DNA from: Alphaproteobacteria bacterium
GTDB lineage: Bacteria; Pseudomonadota; Alphaproteobacteria; Rhizobiales; Hyphomicrobiaceae
DNA: 24,681 nt
Assembly (NCBI GenBank): GCA_024279745.1
Contig: JAJRRE010000099.1
Coordinates: 1 to 24,681 of the forward strand
Reading direction: 5' to 3'
In this document: positions 1 to 8,383 of the stretch, piece after piece
Position numbering within the stretch: position 1 is the stretch's first letter
Layout: every line of letters starts with the position of its first letter
The notes under the pieces: model-generated
The model's database searches: none
What the model was told of the DNA's origin: nothing
What the model saw: only the letters and a program-made list of their open reading frames with translations
Position numbers and translations under genes: made by a program

Positions 1-1
1 A

Positions 2-487
2 AATGTGCTGAATGAGACCGCCCACACCACAGCAACTTTATTTAGCGTACTGATTGGCGCCTGGATGTTCTCCAACTTTGTCAATCTGGCCGGACTGCCC
101 GAAGGGTTGTTGCAGTTCGTAACCCAGTGGGGGCTCAGCCCGATGGCCGTGTTGGTCATGATCTTGGGCGTTTACATTGTGCTTGGTTGCGTGTTTGAAA
201 GTCTGTCCATGCTGCTGCTAACCGTGCCGATCTTTTTTCCGCTGGTCACTTCTTTGGGCTTTGATCCCGTGTGGTTCGGTATTATTGTGGTGGTCGTCAC
301 CGAGATCAGCCTGATCACACCGCCCGTCGGGCTCAATGTGTTTGTGCTCAAGGGTGTTGTCGGCGATGTCACCACGGGAACAATTTTTCGCGGCGTCACA
401 CCGTTCTGGATCGCCGATATATTCCGCCTGGCGCTGCTTGTCCTGGTGCCCTCTTTGGTGCTGTTTCTGCCCGGCACAATGTTCTAG
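2..487 (+). CDS. dctM: TRAP transporter large permease, C-terminal part (5' truncated by window edge)
   Basis: Frame is open from the window edge. Hydrophobic helices with DctM hallmarks 'LGCVFESLSMLLLTVPIFFP', 'FDPVWFGIIVVVVTEISLITPPVGLNVFV', 'GVTPFW'. TAG at 485-487. Confidence 0.93.
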   Translation, partial: NVLNETAHTTATLFSVLIGAWMFSNFVNLAGLPEGLLQFVTQWGLSPMAVLVMILGVYIVLGCVFESLSMLLLTVPIFFPLVTSLGFDPVWFGIIVVVVTEISLITPPVGLNVFVLKGVVGDVTTGTIFRGVTPFWIADIFRLALLVLVPSLVLFLPGTMF

Positions 488-584
488 TTAGATGTATGAA
501 AGAACAAACAGACAAACAGACGGTATTGCGCCATGCCCCTCGCCAAGATCGACACGTTAACTGACCAACCATTGAGGCTCTCCC

Positions 585-1883
585 ATGGCTCTTTGCTACA
601 TGCCCGGCTTTGGCAATGACTTTGAAACCGAGGCGCTGCCCGGCGCGCTGCCGCAAGGACAGAACTCGCCGCAAAAGGTGCCCTACGGCCTTTATGCCGA
701 ACAGCTATCGGGCTCGCCCTTCACCGCGCCGCGCGGTACCAATGAGCGCTCCTGGCTGTACCGCATTCGCCCATCCGTCAAACACACGACCCGATTTGCG
801 CCCAAACAGTTTCCCTTTTGGAAATCGGCGCCCTGCCCGAACGATCACGATCAACCCATTGGCCAGTTTCGCTGGGACCCGCCGCCGATGCTCGATGAAC
901 CGGCCGACTTTCTGGCCGCCATCCGCACCATGACCACGGCCGGCGATGTGCTGACCCAGGTTGGCATGGCCGCCCATATCTATCTGGCCAATGCCGATAT
1001 GGTGGATGACTATTTCTTTTCCGCCGACAGCGAGTTCCTGATCATGCCGCAAGAAGGGCGGCTAAACATATTCACTGAATTAGGCATCATGCAGCTGGGG
1101 CCCGGAGAGATTTGCGTGATCCCGCGCGGTATGATGTTCAAGGTCACGCTTCCTGACAAAACAGCACGCGGTTATATTTGCGAGAATTACAGCGCTAAGT
1201 TCACCCTACCGGACCGCGGCCCCATTGGTGCGAACTGCCTCGCCAATCCGCGCGATTTCAAGACACCCAAAGCCGCCTATGAAGACAAGCAAACGCCGTG
1301 CCGTCTTACCGTCAAATGGTGCGGCAAATTCTATGTCACGCCGATTGAACAATCGCCGCTCGACGTGGTGGCCTGGCATGGCAATTACGCGCCCTATAAG
1401 TATGATCTGCGCACCTTCTCACCCGTCGGCGCGCTGTTGTTCGATCACCCGGACCCCTCGATTTTCACGGTCCTGAGCGCGCCAAGCGGCGAGCCGGGCA
1501 CTGCCAATATCGACTTTGTAATTTTCCCCGAACGCTGGATGGTGGCCGAGCACAGCTTCCGCCCGCCCTGGTATCATCGCAACATCATGTCTGAATTCAT
1601 GGGGCTGATCTATGGCAATTACGATGCCAAGGAACAGGGCTTTGTGCCCGGCGGCATGAGCCTGCACAATATGATGCTGCCGCACGGCCCCGACGCTGTT
1701 GGCTATGAGAAAGCGGTGACGTCAAATCTGCAGCCGGTGAAACTTGAGAACACCTTGGCCTTCATGTTCGAGACGCGGCTGCCCCAATTGCTTACAAAAT
1801 ATGGCGCCACGCTGGAGACCCTGCAAGACGACTATATCGAATGTTGGCGCGATCTGCCACGTAACTTCACCGGCAAGCCGTGA
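585..1883 (+). CDS. hmgA: Homogentisate 1,2-dioxygenase
   Basis: 432 aa. '[19 protein letters not shown]', '[16 protein letters not shown]', '[14 protein letters not shown]', '[10 protein letters not shown]', and Fe-ligand region '[18 protein letters not shown]...[12 protein letters not shown]'. Confidence 0.98.
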   Translation: MALCYMPGFGNDFETEALPGALPQGQNSPQKVPYGLYAEQLSGSPFTAPRGTNERSWLYRIRPSVKHTTRFAPKQFPFWKSAPCPNDHDQPIGQFRWDPPPMLDEPADFLAAIRTMTTAGDVLTQVGMAAHIYLANADMVDDYFFSADSEFLIMPQEGRLNIFTELGIMQLGPGEICVIPRGMMFKVTLPDKTARGYICENYSAKFTLPDRGPIGANCLANPRDFKTPKAAYEDKQTPCRLTVKWCGKFYVTPIEQSPLDVVAWHGNYAPYKYDLRTFSPVGALLFDHPDPSIFTVLSAPSGEPGTANIDFVIFPERWMVAEHSFRPPWYHRNIMSEFMGLIYGNYDAKEQGFVPGGMSLHNMMLPHGPDAVGYEKAVTSNLQPVKLENTLAFMFETRLPQLLTKYGATLETLQDDYIECWRDLPRNFTGKP

Positions 1884-1911
1884 GGCGCAGCGGGTCCAAG
1901 GAGGCCGCGCA

Positions 1912-2922
1912 ATGAAACTGGCAACACTCGACAACGGCAGCCGCGATGGCCGGCTATATTGTGTGTCCAACGATCTGTCGCGCTGTGCGTCTGCTGAAGC
2001 AATCGGCGCAACTTTGCAAGAGGCGCTCGATAACTGGCCCGCCTGCGCGCCAAAGCTGACGGCTTTAGCCACCGCCTTGAACAATCGGCAACTGGCGGGA
2101 AAACCTTTCGACCAGACAAAATTCCATTCCCCGCTGCCGCGCGCTTTTCAATGGGCAGACGGGTCGGCCTATCTCAATCATGTGGAACTGGTGCGCCGGG
2201 CCCGCGGCGCCGATATGCCCCGCTCGTTTTGGACCGATCCTCTCATGTATCAAGGCGGTTCCGACAGCTTTGCCAAACCCCATGGTGTCATCGCCTGCCG
2301 GGACCCCGCCTGGGGAATCGATTTTGAAGCAGAAATCGCTGTCATCACCGACGATGTTCCCGCCGGCATTTGCGCGGATGACGCCGCCTGCCATATCAAG
2401 CTGGTCATGCTGGTGAACGATGTCTCATTGCGCGAGCTCATTCCGTTTGAGCTGGCCAAAGGCTTCGGTTTTTTCCAGTCCAAACCGTCCTCGGCTTTTT
2501 CGCCTGTGGCGGTAACACCGGACGCCCTGGGCGAAGCCTGGCAAGGGGGAAAGCTTTGCCTGCCGCTTGTGTCGCATCTCAACGATGAGCTGTTCGGCCG
2601 TCCCGATGCGGGCATCGACATGACCTTTAATTTCCCCGCCCTGATCGCTCACGCCGCCAAAACGCGCGCGTTGTCGGCCGGCACCATTATCGGTTCAGGC
2701 ACCGTCTCCAATAAATCTCCCGACGGCGCGCCCGGCAAACCGATCAATGCGGGCGGCCTCGGCTATTCATGCATTGCCGAACTGCGTATGATTGAGACCA
2801 TTCAAATGGGCGAAGCCACAACCCCCTTCATGCGCGGCGGCGACCGCATTCGCATTGAGATGTTTGATAATGACGGGCATTCCATTTTCGGCGCCATCGA
2901 CCAGCAGGTTGCCATAACCTAA
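1912..2922 (+). CDS. Fumarylacetoacetate hydrolase family protein (probable fumarylacetoacetase)
   Basis: AAGGAGG at 1898-1904 before ATG 1912 (the ORF-track start at 1744 is an over-extension into hmgA). 'MKLATL..GSRDGRL', 'LPRAFQWADGSAY', 'DFEAEIAV', 'NDVSLRELIP.ELAKGFGFFQSKP', 'IIGSGTVSN'. Confidence 0.93.
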   Translation: MKLATLDNGSRDGRLYCVSNDLSRCASAEAIGATLQEALDNWPACAPKLTALATALNNRQLAGKPFDQTKFHSPLPRAFQWADGSAYLNHVELVRRARGADMPRSFWTDPLMYQGGSDSFAKPHGVIACRDPAWGIDFEAEIAVITDDVPAGICADDAACHIKLVMLVNDVSLRELIPFELAKGFGFFQSKPSSAFSPVAVTPDALGEAWQGGKLCLPLVSHLNDELFGRPDAGIDMTFNFPALIAHAAKTRALSAGTIIGSGTVSNKSPDGAPGKPINAGGLGYSCIAELRMIETIQMGEATTPFMRGGDRIRIEMFDNDGHSIFGAIDQQVAIT

Positions 2923-2978
2923 AAAAGACAACTGGCGGTCTTGGCAAACCGGCCCGCCCAACCCAACGGAGACGACAC

Positions 2979-3929
2979 ATGGCCAAGGGCTTTGCCTCAT
3001 CTGGTGACCTCAGCGAAAAAACCATCACCTTCAAGGAAATCGGCCGCGACCTTTACGCCTTCACCGCTGAGGGCGATCCCAATTCGGGCGTCATTGTCGG
3101 CGATGATTGTGTGATGGTGATTGACGCCACTGCCACGCCCGTTGCCGCCGCCCAAGTCATTGAGCGCATTCGCGGTGTCACCGACAAGCCGATCAAATAT
3201 GTGGTGCTGAGCCATTATCATGCGGTGCGCGTTCTCGGCGCCAGCGGTTTTGGCGCCAGCGAAATCATCGCGTCGAGCAAATGTCGCGCCATGATCACTG
3301 AGCGCGGTATGGAAGACTGGAAGTCGGAATATGAGCGAATGCCGCGCCTGTTCAAAGAACCGAACAGCATTCCGGGCCTGACCTGGCCGACCATGACCTT
3401 CCCCAAATCCATGACAATTTATCTGGGCAAGCGCCGCGTTGATCTCATCCATCTGGGCCGCTCTCATACCGCCGGTGATATCGTCGCCTGGGTGCCGGAC
3501 GCGCAAGTAATGTTCTCAGGCGATGGCGCGGAATATAAATCGGCGTGTTATTGCGGCGACGCGCATTTTGGCGACTGGCCGGATACCCTCGACAAGATGG
3601 CGGCGTTCAACCCGCAGGCGCTGGTACCAGGGCGCGGCGATGCACTGGAGAGCCCCGACAAGGTCGCGGAAGCATTGGCGCTGACCCGGCAGTTTCTCAC
3701 CGATCACTATGGCCCGGCCGCCGCCGCCGCCGCTCGCGGTGCGCCACTGAAGGAAGCGTTTGAGGCCACCCGCCAGATCTGCGATGCCAAATATAAAGAC
3801 TACGCCATCTATGAGCATTGTTTGCCCTTTAATGTAGCGCGCGCTTATGATGAAGCCAACGGCATCGACAATCCGCGCATCTGGACGGCGCAGCGCGATC
3901 AAGATTTGTGGGAGGCGCTACAGGGCTGA
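2979..3929 (+). CDS. Metallo-beta-lactamase-fold hydrolase (cyclase-like) with atypical metal motif
   Basis: GGAG RBS. 'DPNSGVIVGDDCVMVIDA', 'VVLSHYHAVR', 'HTAGD', 'FSGD', 'LVPGRG' align with the MBL-fold motif order. Confidence 0.88.
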   Translation: MAKGFASSGDLSEKTITFKEIGRDLYAFTAEGDPNSGVIVGDDCVMVIDATATPVAAAQVIERIRGVTDKPIKYVVLSHYHAVRVLGASGFGASEIIASSKCRAMITERGMEDWKSEYERMPRLFKEPNSIPGLTWPTMTFPKSMTIYLGKRRVDLIHLGRSHTAGDIVAWVPDAQVMFSGDGAEYKSACYCGDAHFGDWPDTLDKMAAFNPQALVPGRGDALESPDKVAEALALTRQFLTDHYGPAAAAAARGAPLKEAFEATRQICDAKYKDYAIYEHCLPFNVARAYDEANGIDNPRIWTAQRDQDLWEALQG

Positions 3930-4012
3930 CACGGCCCGGCCAGTACGGAAGATCGCCCCGCGCCTCACTCCTGAACCACAACACAACTAACTCGCAAATA
4001 ATCGCTAAACTC

Positions 4013-5677
4013 ATGCCGCTCAACTCCCAGTCCGAACTGCTATATCCCTACCGCCGCTCACCCGATCAGGACCGCGCGCTGAGCGCGCCGGCGCGCAAAC
4101 CGGTCATCATTGTCGGCGCCGGTCCCATCGGGCTGACGGTCGCAATTGATCTGGCACTTAAGGGCATACCGGTTGTCATACTGGACGAGGCTGAGGGCAT
4201 CGGTGTCGGCAGCCGCGCGATATGTTTCTCCCGCCGCACCCTGGAAATATTAAGCCGACTGGGCTGCGGCGATCAGATGCTCGAAAAAGGCGTGCAATGG
4301 AATACCGGCAGGGTATTTCGCAAGGACCGGCAGATCTATGAGTTTAATCTGTCGCCCGAACAGGGCTTTAAACATCCCGCCTTTATAAATTTGCAGCAAT
4401 ATTACATGGAGGGCTATTTGGCCGCGCGCGTGCAGGAGCTGGCTGCAAGAGGCGCAACACTGGACCTTCGCGGCGGCAACAAAGTAACGGCGCTGGAATG
4501 TTTCGACGACTATGTAAGCCTTGAAATCACGACACCCGATGGGCCTTACACCATAGAAGCCGATTGGCTGATTGCCTGCGATGGGCCGCGCTCAACCATC
4601 CGCAGTCTCATGCAGCTGGATTTTAAGGGGCGTGTGTTTGAGGACAACTTCCTGATCGCCGATGTCGTCATGAAAGCCGATTTCCCGACCGAGCGCTGGT
4701 TCTGGTTCGACCCGCCGTTTAACCCCGGCCAATCGGCTCTGCTGCACAAACAGCCCGACAATGTCTGGCGCATCGATTTTCAACTGGGCTGGGACATCGA
4801 CCGCGAAGCCGTGATACGCCCTGAAAATGTCATCCCGCGCATTGAGGCCATGCTCGGCCCCGACGTGACGTTCGAGCTGGAATGGGTCAGCGTCTACACC
4901 TTCCAATGCTGTTCGATGCAGCGCTATCGGCATAATCGTGTGCTGTTCGCCGGGGACAGCGCGCATCAGGTCTCGCCCTTCGGCGCACGCGGTGCCAATG
5001 GCGGCGTGCAGGACGCCGACAATCTGGCATGGAAGCTGGCGCTGGTAATCGCAGGCAAAGCCCCCGCCGCCCTGCTCGACAGCTATGACAGTGAGCGCCG
5101 CCAGGGTGCGGATGAGAATATTCTCAACTCCACCCGCGCCACCGATTTCATTACGCCTAAATCGCCCATCAGCCGCCTGTTTCGCGATGCGGTTCTGGAC
5201 CTTGTCGAACAGGCGCCCTTTGCCCGCCCGCTGGTCAATTCCGGCCGCTTGTCGGTTCCTGCAATCTATGACGAATCGCCATTGAACGGCGCCGACGATC
5301 CCAGTTTACCAACCGCCACACGCCCCGGCGCGCCGCTTGTTGATCTACCGCTCCCCGATGCGCTCGGAAGCTGGCTGCTCAAACGCGCGGGCGGGCGCTT
5401 CCAGCTGCTGGTGATTGATCACGACATACCAGCAAAAGAACCCCAGGGTGACACTTTTGAAGTGAGCGGCATCGACATTGCAATTGTTCGGCTCAGCACT
5501 ACGAACGCGCCGCTCGCGCGCCCGCGTTATCTGGGCAATGCGGCCAGTGCAGTCTACCTCATTCGCCCCGACCAGCATGTCGCGGCGCGCTGGACCAGCT
5601 ATAACAGGAGCGCAATTACCGCCGCGCTGCATACCGCCATCGCGACAGTTTCAGAACCCCTATCAGAACCCGCATAA
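4013..5677 (+). CDS. FAD-dependent aromatic monooxygenase (MhpA/PheA/MhaA-like single-chain flavoprotein hydroxylase)
   Basis: 'VIIVGAGPIGLTVA' (GxGxxG), 'LIACDGPRS' (DG motif), 'FAGDSAHQVSPFGARGANGGVQDADNLAWKL' (GD motif), C-terminal 'YLIRPDQHVA'. Start at 4013 preferred over 3908, which overlaps the MBL gene. Confidence 0.92.
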   Translation: MPLNSQSELLYPYRRSPDQDRALSAPARKPVIIVGAGPIGLTVAIDLALKGIPVVILDEAEGIGVGSRAICFSRRTLEILSRLGCGDQMLEKGVQWNTGRVFRKDRQIYEFNLSPEQGFKHPAFINLQQYYMEGYLAARVQELAARGATLDLRGGNKVTALECFDDYVSLEITTPDGPYTIEADWLIACDGPRSTIRSLMQLDFKGRVFEDNFLIADVVMKADFPTERWFWFDPPFNPGQSALLHKQPDNVWRIDFQLGWDIDREAVIRPENVIPRIEAMLGPDVTFELEWVSVYTFQCCSMQRYRHNRVLFAGDSAHQVSPFGARGANGGVQDADNLAWKLALVIAGKAPAALLDSYDSERRQGADENILNSTRATDFITPKSPISRLFRDAVLDLVEQAPFARPLVNSGRLSVPAIYDESPLNGADDPSLPTATRPGAPLVDLPLPDALGSWLLKRAGGRFQLLVIDHDIPAKEPQGDTFEVSGIDIAIVRLSTTNAPLARPRYLGNAASAVYLIRPDQHVAARWTSYNRSAITAALHTAIATVSEPLSEPA

Positions 5678-5691
5678 GAGGCCTCTTGAGC

Positions 5692-5907
5692 ATGAACAAA
5701 CTCAACATAGATGCTAATCTTGACGACCCGGACGGTTTTTATGCGCAGCTTCTGGCGCTGCACGAGCCGCTCGACGAAGCCGCCAGTCATGCGCTGAATG
5801 CCAAGTTGGTGCTCATACTAGCCAATCATATAGGGAACCGCGAGGTCATAACCCAAGCCTTTGATCTGGCCTTTAAGTCAACGCCGCGCTCAAGCCATAC
5901 CTTTTAA
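5692..5907 (+). CDS. Small DUF2783-like protein (possible coupling subunit of the hydroxylase)
   Basis: 71 aa, 'NLDDPDGFYAQLLALHEPLDEAASHALNAKLVLILANHIGNREVI', matching my recollection of DUF2783. Starts 14 nt after the monooxygenase stop. TTG at 5686 is an alternative start. Confidence 0.8.
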   Translation: MNKLNIDANLDDPDGFYAQLLALHEPLDEAASHALNAKLVLILANHIGNREVITQAFDLAFKSTPRSSHTF

Positions 5908-6005
5908 TAGGGTATCAGGCTTAAATGGAAGCGCTCTCGTTTGTTTTCGCTCGCGGCTATTGCAAGCGTAGCTCGGGCCTGCGCTTGCGCGCCAAACGAT
6001 TGGCG

Positions 6006-6023
6006 GGGCTGCGCTTGCAGCCC
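6006..6023. terminator. Short GC hairpin between convergent DUF2783 and merA genes
   Basis: GGGCTGC-GCTT-GCAGCCC (7-bp stem). No clear U-tract on either strand. Confidence 0.3.
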
Positions 6024-6084
6024 GTGGTACGTCAATCGAAGTTAATACCGTTGTGAACACCCAAGCGGTGCATCGGGGCGCGCC

Positions 6085-7599
6085 TTAACCGGCGCAGCAG
6101 GACAGCTTCGACACATCCTTGTCGAAGGTCTGGGCGGCAAGCTTGAGCCCTTCGACCGTGGTCAGATAGGGGAAAATCATCGCCCCCAGCTCATCCACAG
6201 TGAACCCTGCCTTGATGGCTATGGCAGCCGTTTGGATGGCGTCGGCGCCTTCAGGGGCTATGATATGAGCGCCCAGCAGACGTTTGCTATCGGCGTCCGC
6301 CACAAGTTTGATCAGCCCACGCGTGTCTCTGGCGGCCAATGCGCGCGGCACATGCTCCAGTGGTAGAACCGAAACGCGCACATCAACACCGGCAGTCTTG
6401 GCGCGCGCCTCGCTCATGCCCACACTGGCCACTTGCGGATCCGTAAAGACAACCTCGGGCATCGCGGAATTGTCATATTTTCGTGCGCTGACTGTGGGCC
6501 CCTCATCCGCCAGTCCCGCGCCAATTCCAAATGCATGTTCGGCGGCGATCTTGGCGCCGTAAGCCGCCATATAAACGAACATATCGCGTCCGGTGACATC
6601 GCCTACCGCATAAACGCCGTCTCGCGTTGTGCACATATGCTCGTCAACCTTGATGCCGCCATTGGGCAGGGATTTAATCCCCAACTCGTCCAGCCCAAGC
6701 CCGGCGGAATTGGGCCGCCGCCCCGCCGCCAGCAACAGATGTTGCGCCGTGATTTCCTTGGCCATGCCCTTGCTAACGTAATCGAGCCGCACGCCTTGCG
6801 CGGTCGGCGGAGCGTCATCGCCGCCCAAATTCCCTGGCCGTTCCACTGCCGTATCTGGCCGTTCCACTGCCGTATATTGTGCCCCATTAATTACGTCAAT
6901 GCTTTCTGATCGAAACGCCTGCTCCAGCGCCGCGCTGACCTCCGGCTCAGCGTCGCGCAGCAGGTGTGAGCGGCAAAGAATTGTCACCTTGGTGCCGAAG
7001 CGGGCAAACATCTGGCCCAATTCGCAACCAATAACACCGCCGCCAATCACAATCAGTGAGCGCGGGCACTTGCTTAACTCAAGGGCGCTTTGACTGGTCA
7101 GGTATGGTACTTGATCGAGACCGGGGATTGGCGGACGTGCCGGCGAGCTGCCTGTGGCGATGATAATTTTATTCGCCATAAACCGCTCGCCCGCAACGAC
7201 TACCCCGCCGTCGATTAGTGCCGCTCTACCCTCATAGTACGTAACCTTGGGATAGGACGGTAATACGTCGATATATTTGGCGCGGCGCAGCTCATCCACC
7301 AGGCCCTGTTTTTGTGCCTGCAATGCGGCCCAACTTTCAAGCCGCGCATCGGCGGTTAGACCATTAAAACGGCCTACTGTATGAGACTGATGCAACGCTT
7401 CAGCTGCCCGGATCATGGTCTTGGAGGGCACGCAGCCAATATTGACACAGGTACCGCCAATGGTGCCATGGCCAATAACCGCCACCCGCGCGCCTGCCTC
7501 CGCCGCCGTAATCGCCGCAGAAAACCCGGCTGATCCGGCACCAATGACGATCAGGTCAAAAGATCCGTCATCATGCGACTTAGGACAACACTCAGACAT
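6085..7599 (-). CDS. merA: Mercuric reductase lacking the N-terminal NmerA (HMA) domain
   Basis: 504 aa. 'VIGAGSAGFSAA', redox pair 'GGTCVNIGCVPSK', 'IFPYLTTVEGLKLAAQTFDKDVSKLSCCAG' C-terminal vicinal Cys pair. GAGGT RBS 5 nt before ATG 7599. Confidence 0.97.
   Translation of the reverse strand: MSECCPKSHDDGSFDLIVIGAGSAGFSAAITAAEAGARVAVIGHGTIGGTCVNIGCVPSKTMIRAAEALHQSHTVGRFNGLTADARLESWAALQAQKQGLVDELRRAKYIDVLPSYPKVTYYEGRAALIDGGVVVAGERFMANKIIIATGSSPARPPIPGLDQVPYLTSQSALELSKCPRSLIVIGGGVIGCELGQMFARFGTKVTILCRSHLLRDAEPEVSAALEQAFRSESIDVINGAQYTAVERPDTAVERPGNLGGDDAPPTAQGVRLDYVSKGMAKEITAQHLLLAAGRRPNSAGLGLDELGIKSLPNGGIKVDEHMCTTRDGVYAVGDVTGRDMFVYMAAYGAKIAAEHAFGIGAGLADEGPTVSARKYDNSAMPEVVFTDPQVASVGMSEARAKTAGVDVRVSVLPLEHVPRALAARDTRGLIKLVADADSKRLLGAHIIAPEGADAIQTAAIAIKAGFTVDELGAMIFPYLTTVEGLKLAAQTFDKDVSKLSCCAG
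6835..6876. repeat. 21-bp tandem duplication inside merA
   Basis: TGGCCGTTCCACTGCCGTATC / TGGCCGTTCCACTGCCGTATA, encoding YTAVERP-DTAVERP on the minus strand. Confidence 0.95.
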
Positions 7600-7659
7600 G
7601 CAGTACCTCAAATTATTGCCTTGCGGCTGGAGACAAAAAACTTCAATAAGCCTTGCGCC

Positions 7660-7872
7660 TTATGGCTGCAACCGTGATTGCCGGCGCCACACCGCATAGA
7701 TCGTCAGCAGGATAAAAAAGCCAAGCGCCGGCAGCAAGACGGCATCCAGATAGCCGACATAGGCCGACAGCCCGACCAAGCCAAATCCGATGACCAAGAC
7801 CGGTGTAAAGCAACACAATGCCGCGATCACAGTTCCAACAATCCCGGTTTTTACTAATGCTGAATCGCTCAT
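7660..7872 (-). CDS. merF: Mercury transporter MerF
   Basis: 'GIVGTVIAALCCFTPVLVIGFGLVGLSAYVGYLDAVLLPALGFFILLTIYAV' matches MerF ('ALCCFTPVLVILLGVVGLSALTGYLDYVLLPAL'). Alternative TTG start at 7932. Confidence 0.93.
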   Translation of the reverse strand: MSDSALVKTGIVGTVIAALCCFTPVLVIGFGLVGLSAYVGYLDAVLLPALGFFILLTIYAVWRRQSRLQP

Positions 7873-7934
7873 TTGTTTTACCACTTTTTTACCGCCCCTT
7901 TCGATGTCCTGCAGCCACTGCGAAAACGGCAAGG

Positions 7935-8282
7935 CTAATTGCTGCCGCGCGGTTTTGCTGCTGTGATCGCCGTACTGCTTTTGGCTTCGGCGACGTTGCC
8001 TGCAATCATCGTTGAGGGAAAACCAGCTGCTGCGGTCGCTGCTGTCAAAACGACAAGCGTTGTCTTGCTGGTATCAAAAGTTACCACGGCACGCGCTGCC
8101 GCCAGCGATACATCCGCTTTCTCGACACCGTCAATGTTGGTCAAAGAGCGCTTGACCATATAAGGGCAGGACGCGCAAGTCATACCCGATACCTTGAGCG
8201 TCACCGTTGTCTGCTCGGCGATGGCCGCATTGGCGCCGAACACCATAAACAGCAGTGCAATTGCCAGAACATGTTTCGTCAT
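7935..8282 (-). CDS. merP: Periplasmic mercury-binding protein MerP (HMA domain)
   Basis: Signal-peptide-like N-terminus 'MTKHVLAIALLFMVFGANAAIA', HMA motif 'GMTCASCP', AAGGA RBS, position between merT and merF. Confidence 0.92.
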   Translation of the reverse strand: MTKHVLAIALLFMVFGANAAIAEQTTVTLKVSGMTCASCPYMVKRSLTNIDGVEKADVSLAAARAVVTFDTSKTTLVVLTAATAAAGFPSTMIAGNVAEAKSSTAITAAKPRGSN

Positions 8283-8383
8283 TCATCGTCATCCTTCTAA
8301 AAGCTGTTACACGAATAGATTGTGCAACAATCGCAACAATCACAGCGCGGGCAGACCGGCACCTGCGAAAAGTTCAATTGGAG

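Noticed and set aside
1744-1911. N-terminal extension of the FAH ORF in the ORF track
   Set aside because: Overlaps the hmgA 3' end. A strong AAGGAGG RBS and the family-typical 'MKLATL' start point to ATG 1912.
3718-3733. (GCC)n run encoding poly-Ala in the MBL gene
   Set aside because: Short triplet run expected in GC-rich coding DNA.
3908-4012. N-terminal extension of the monooxygenase ORF
   Set aside because: Overlaps the MBL gene end and has no family-like sequence. ATG 4013 is more plausible.
5908-6084. Possible transposon end flanking the mer operon
   Set aside because: No 38-bp Tn3-type inverted repeat, no matching repeat at 9407-9550, no target-site duplication and no transposase.
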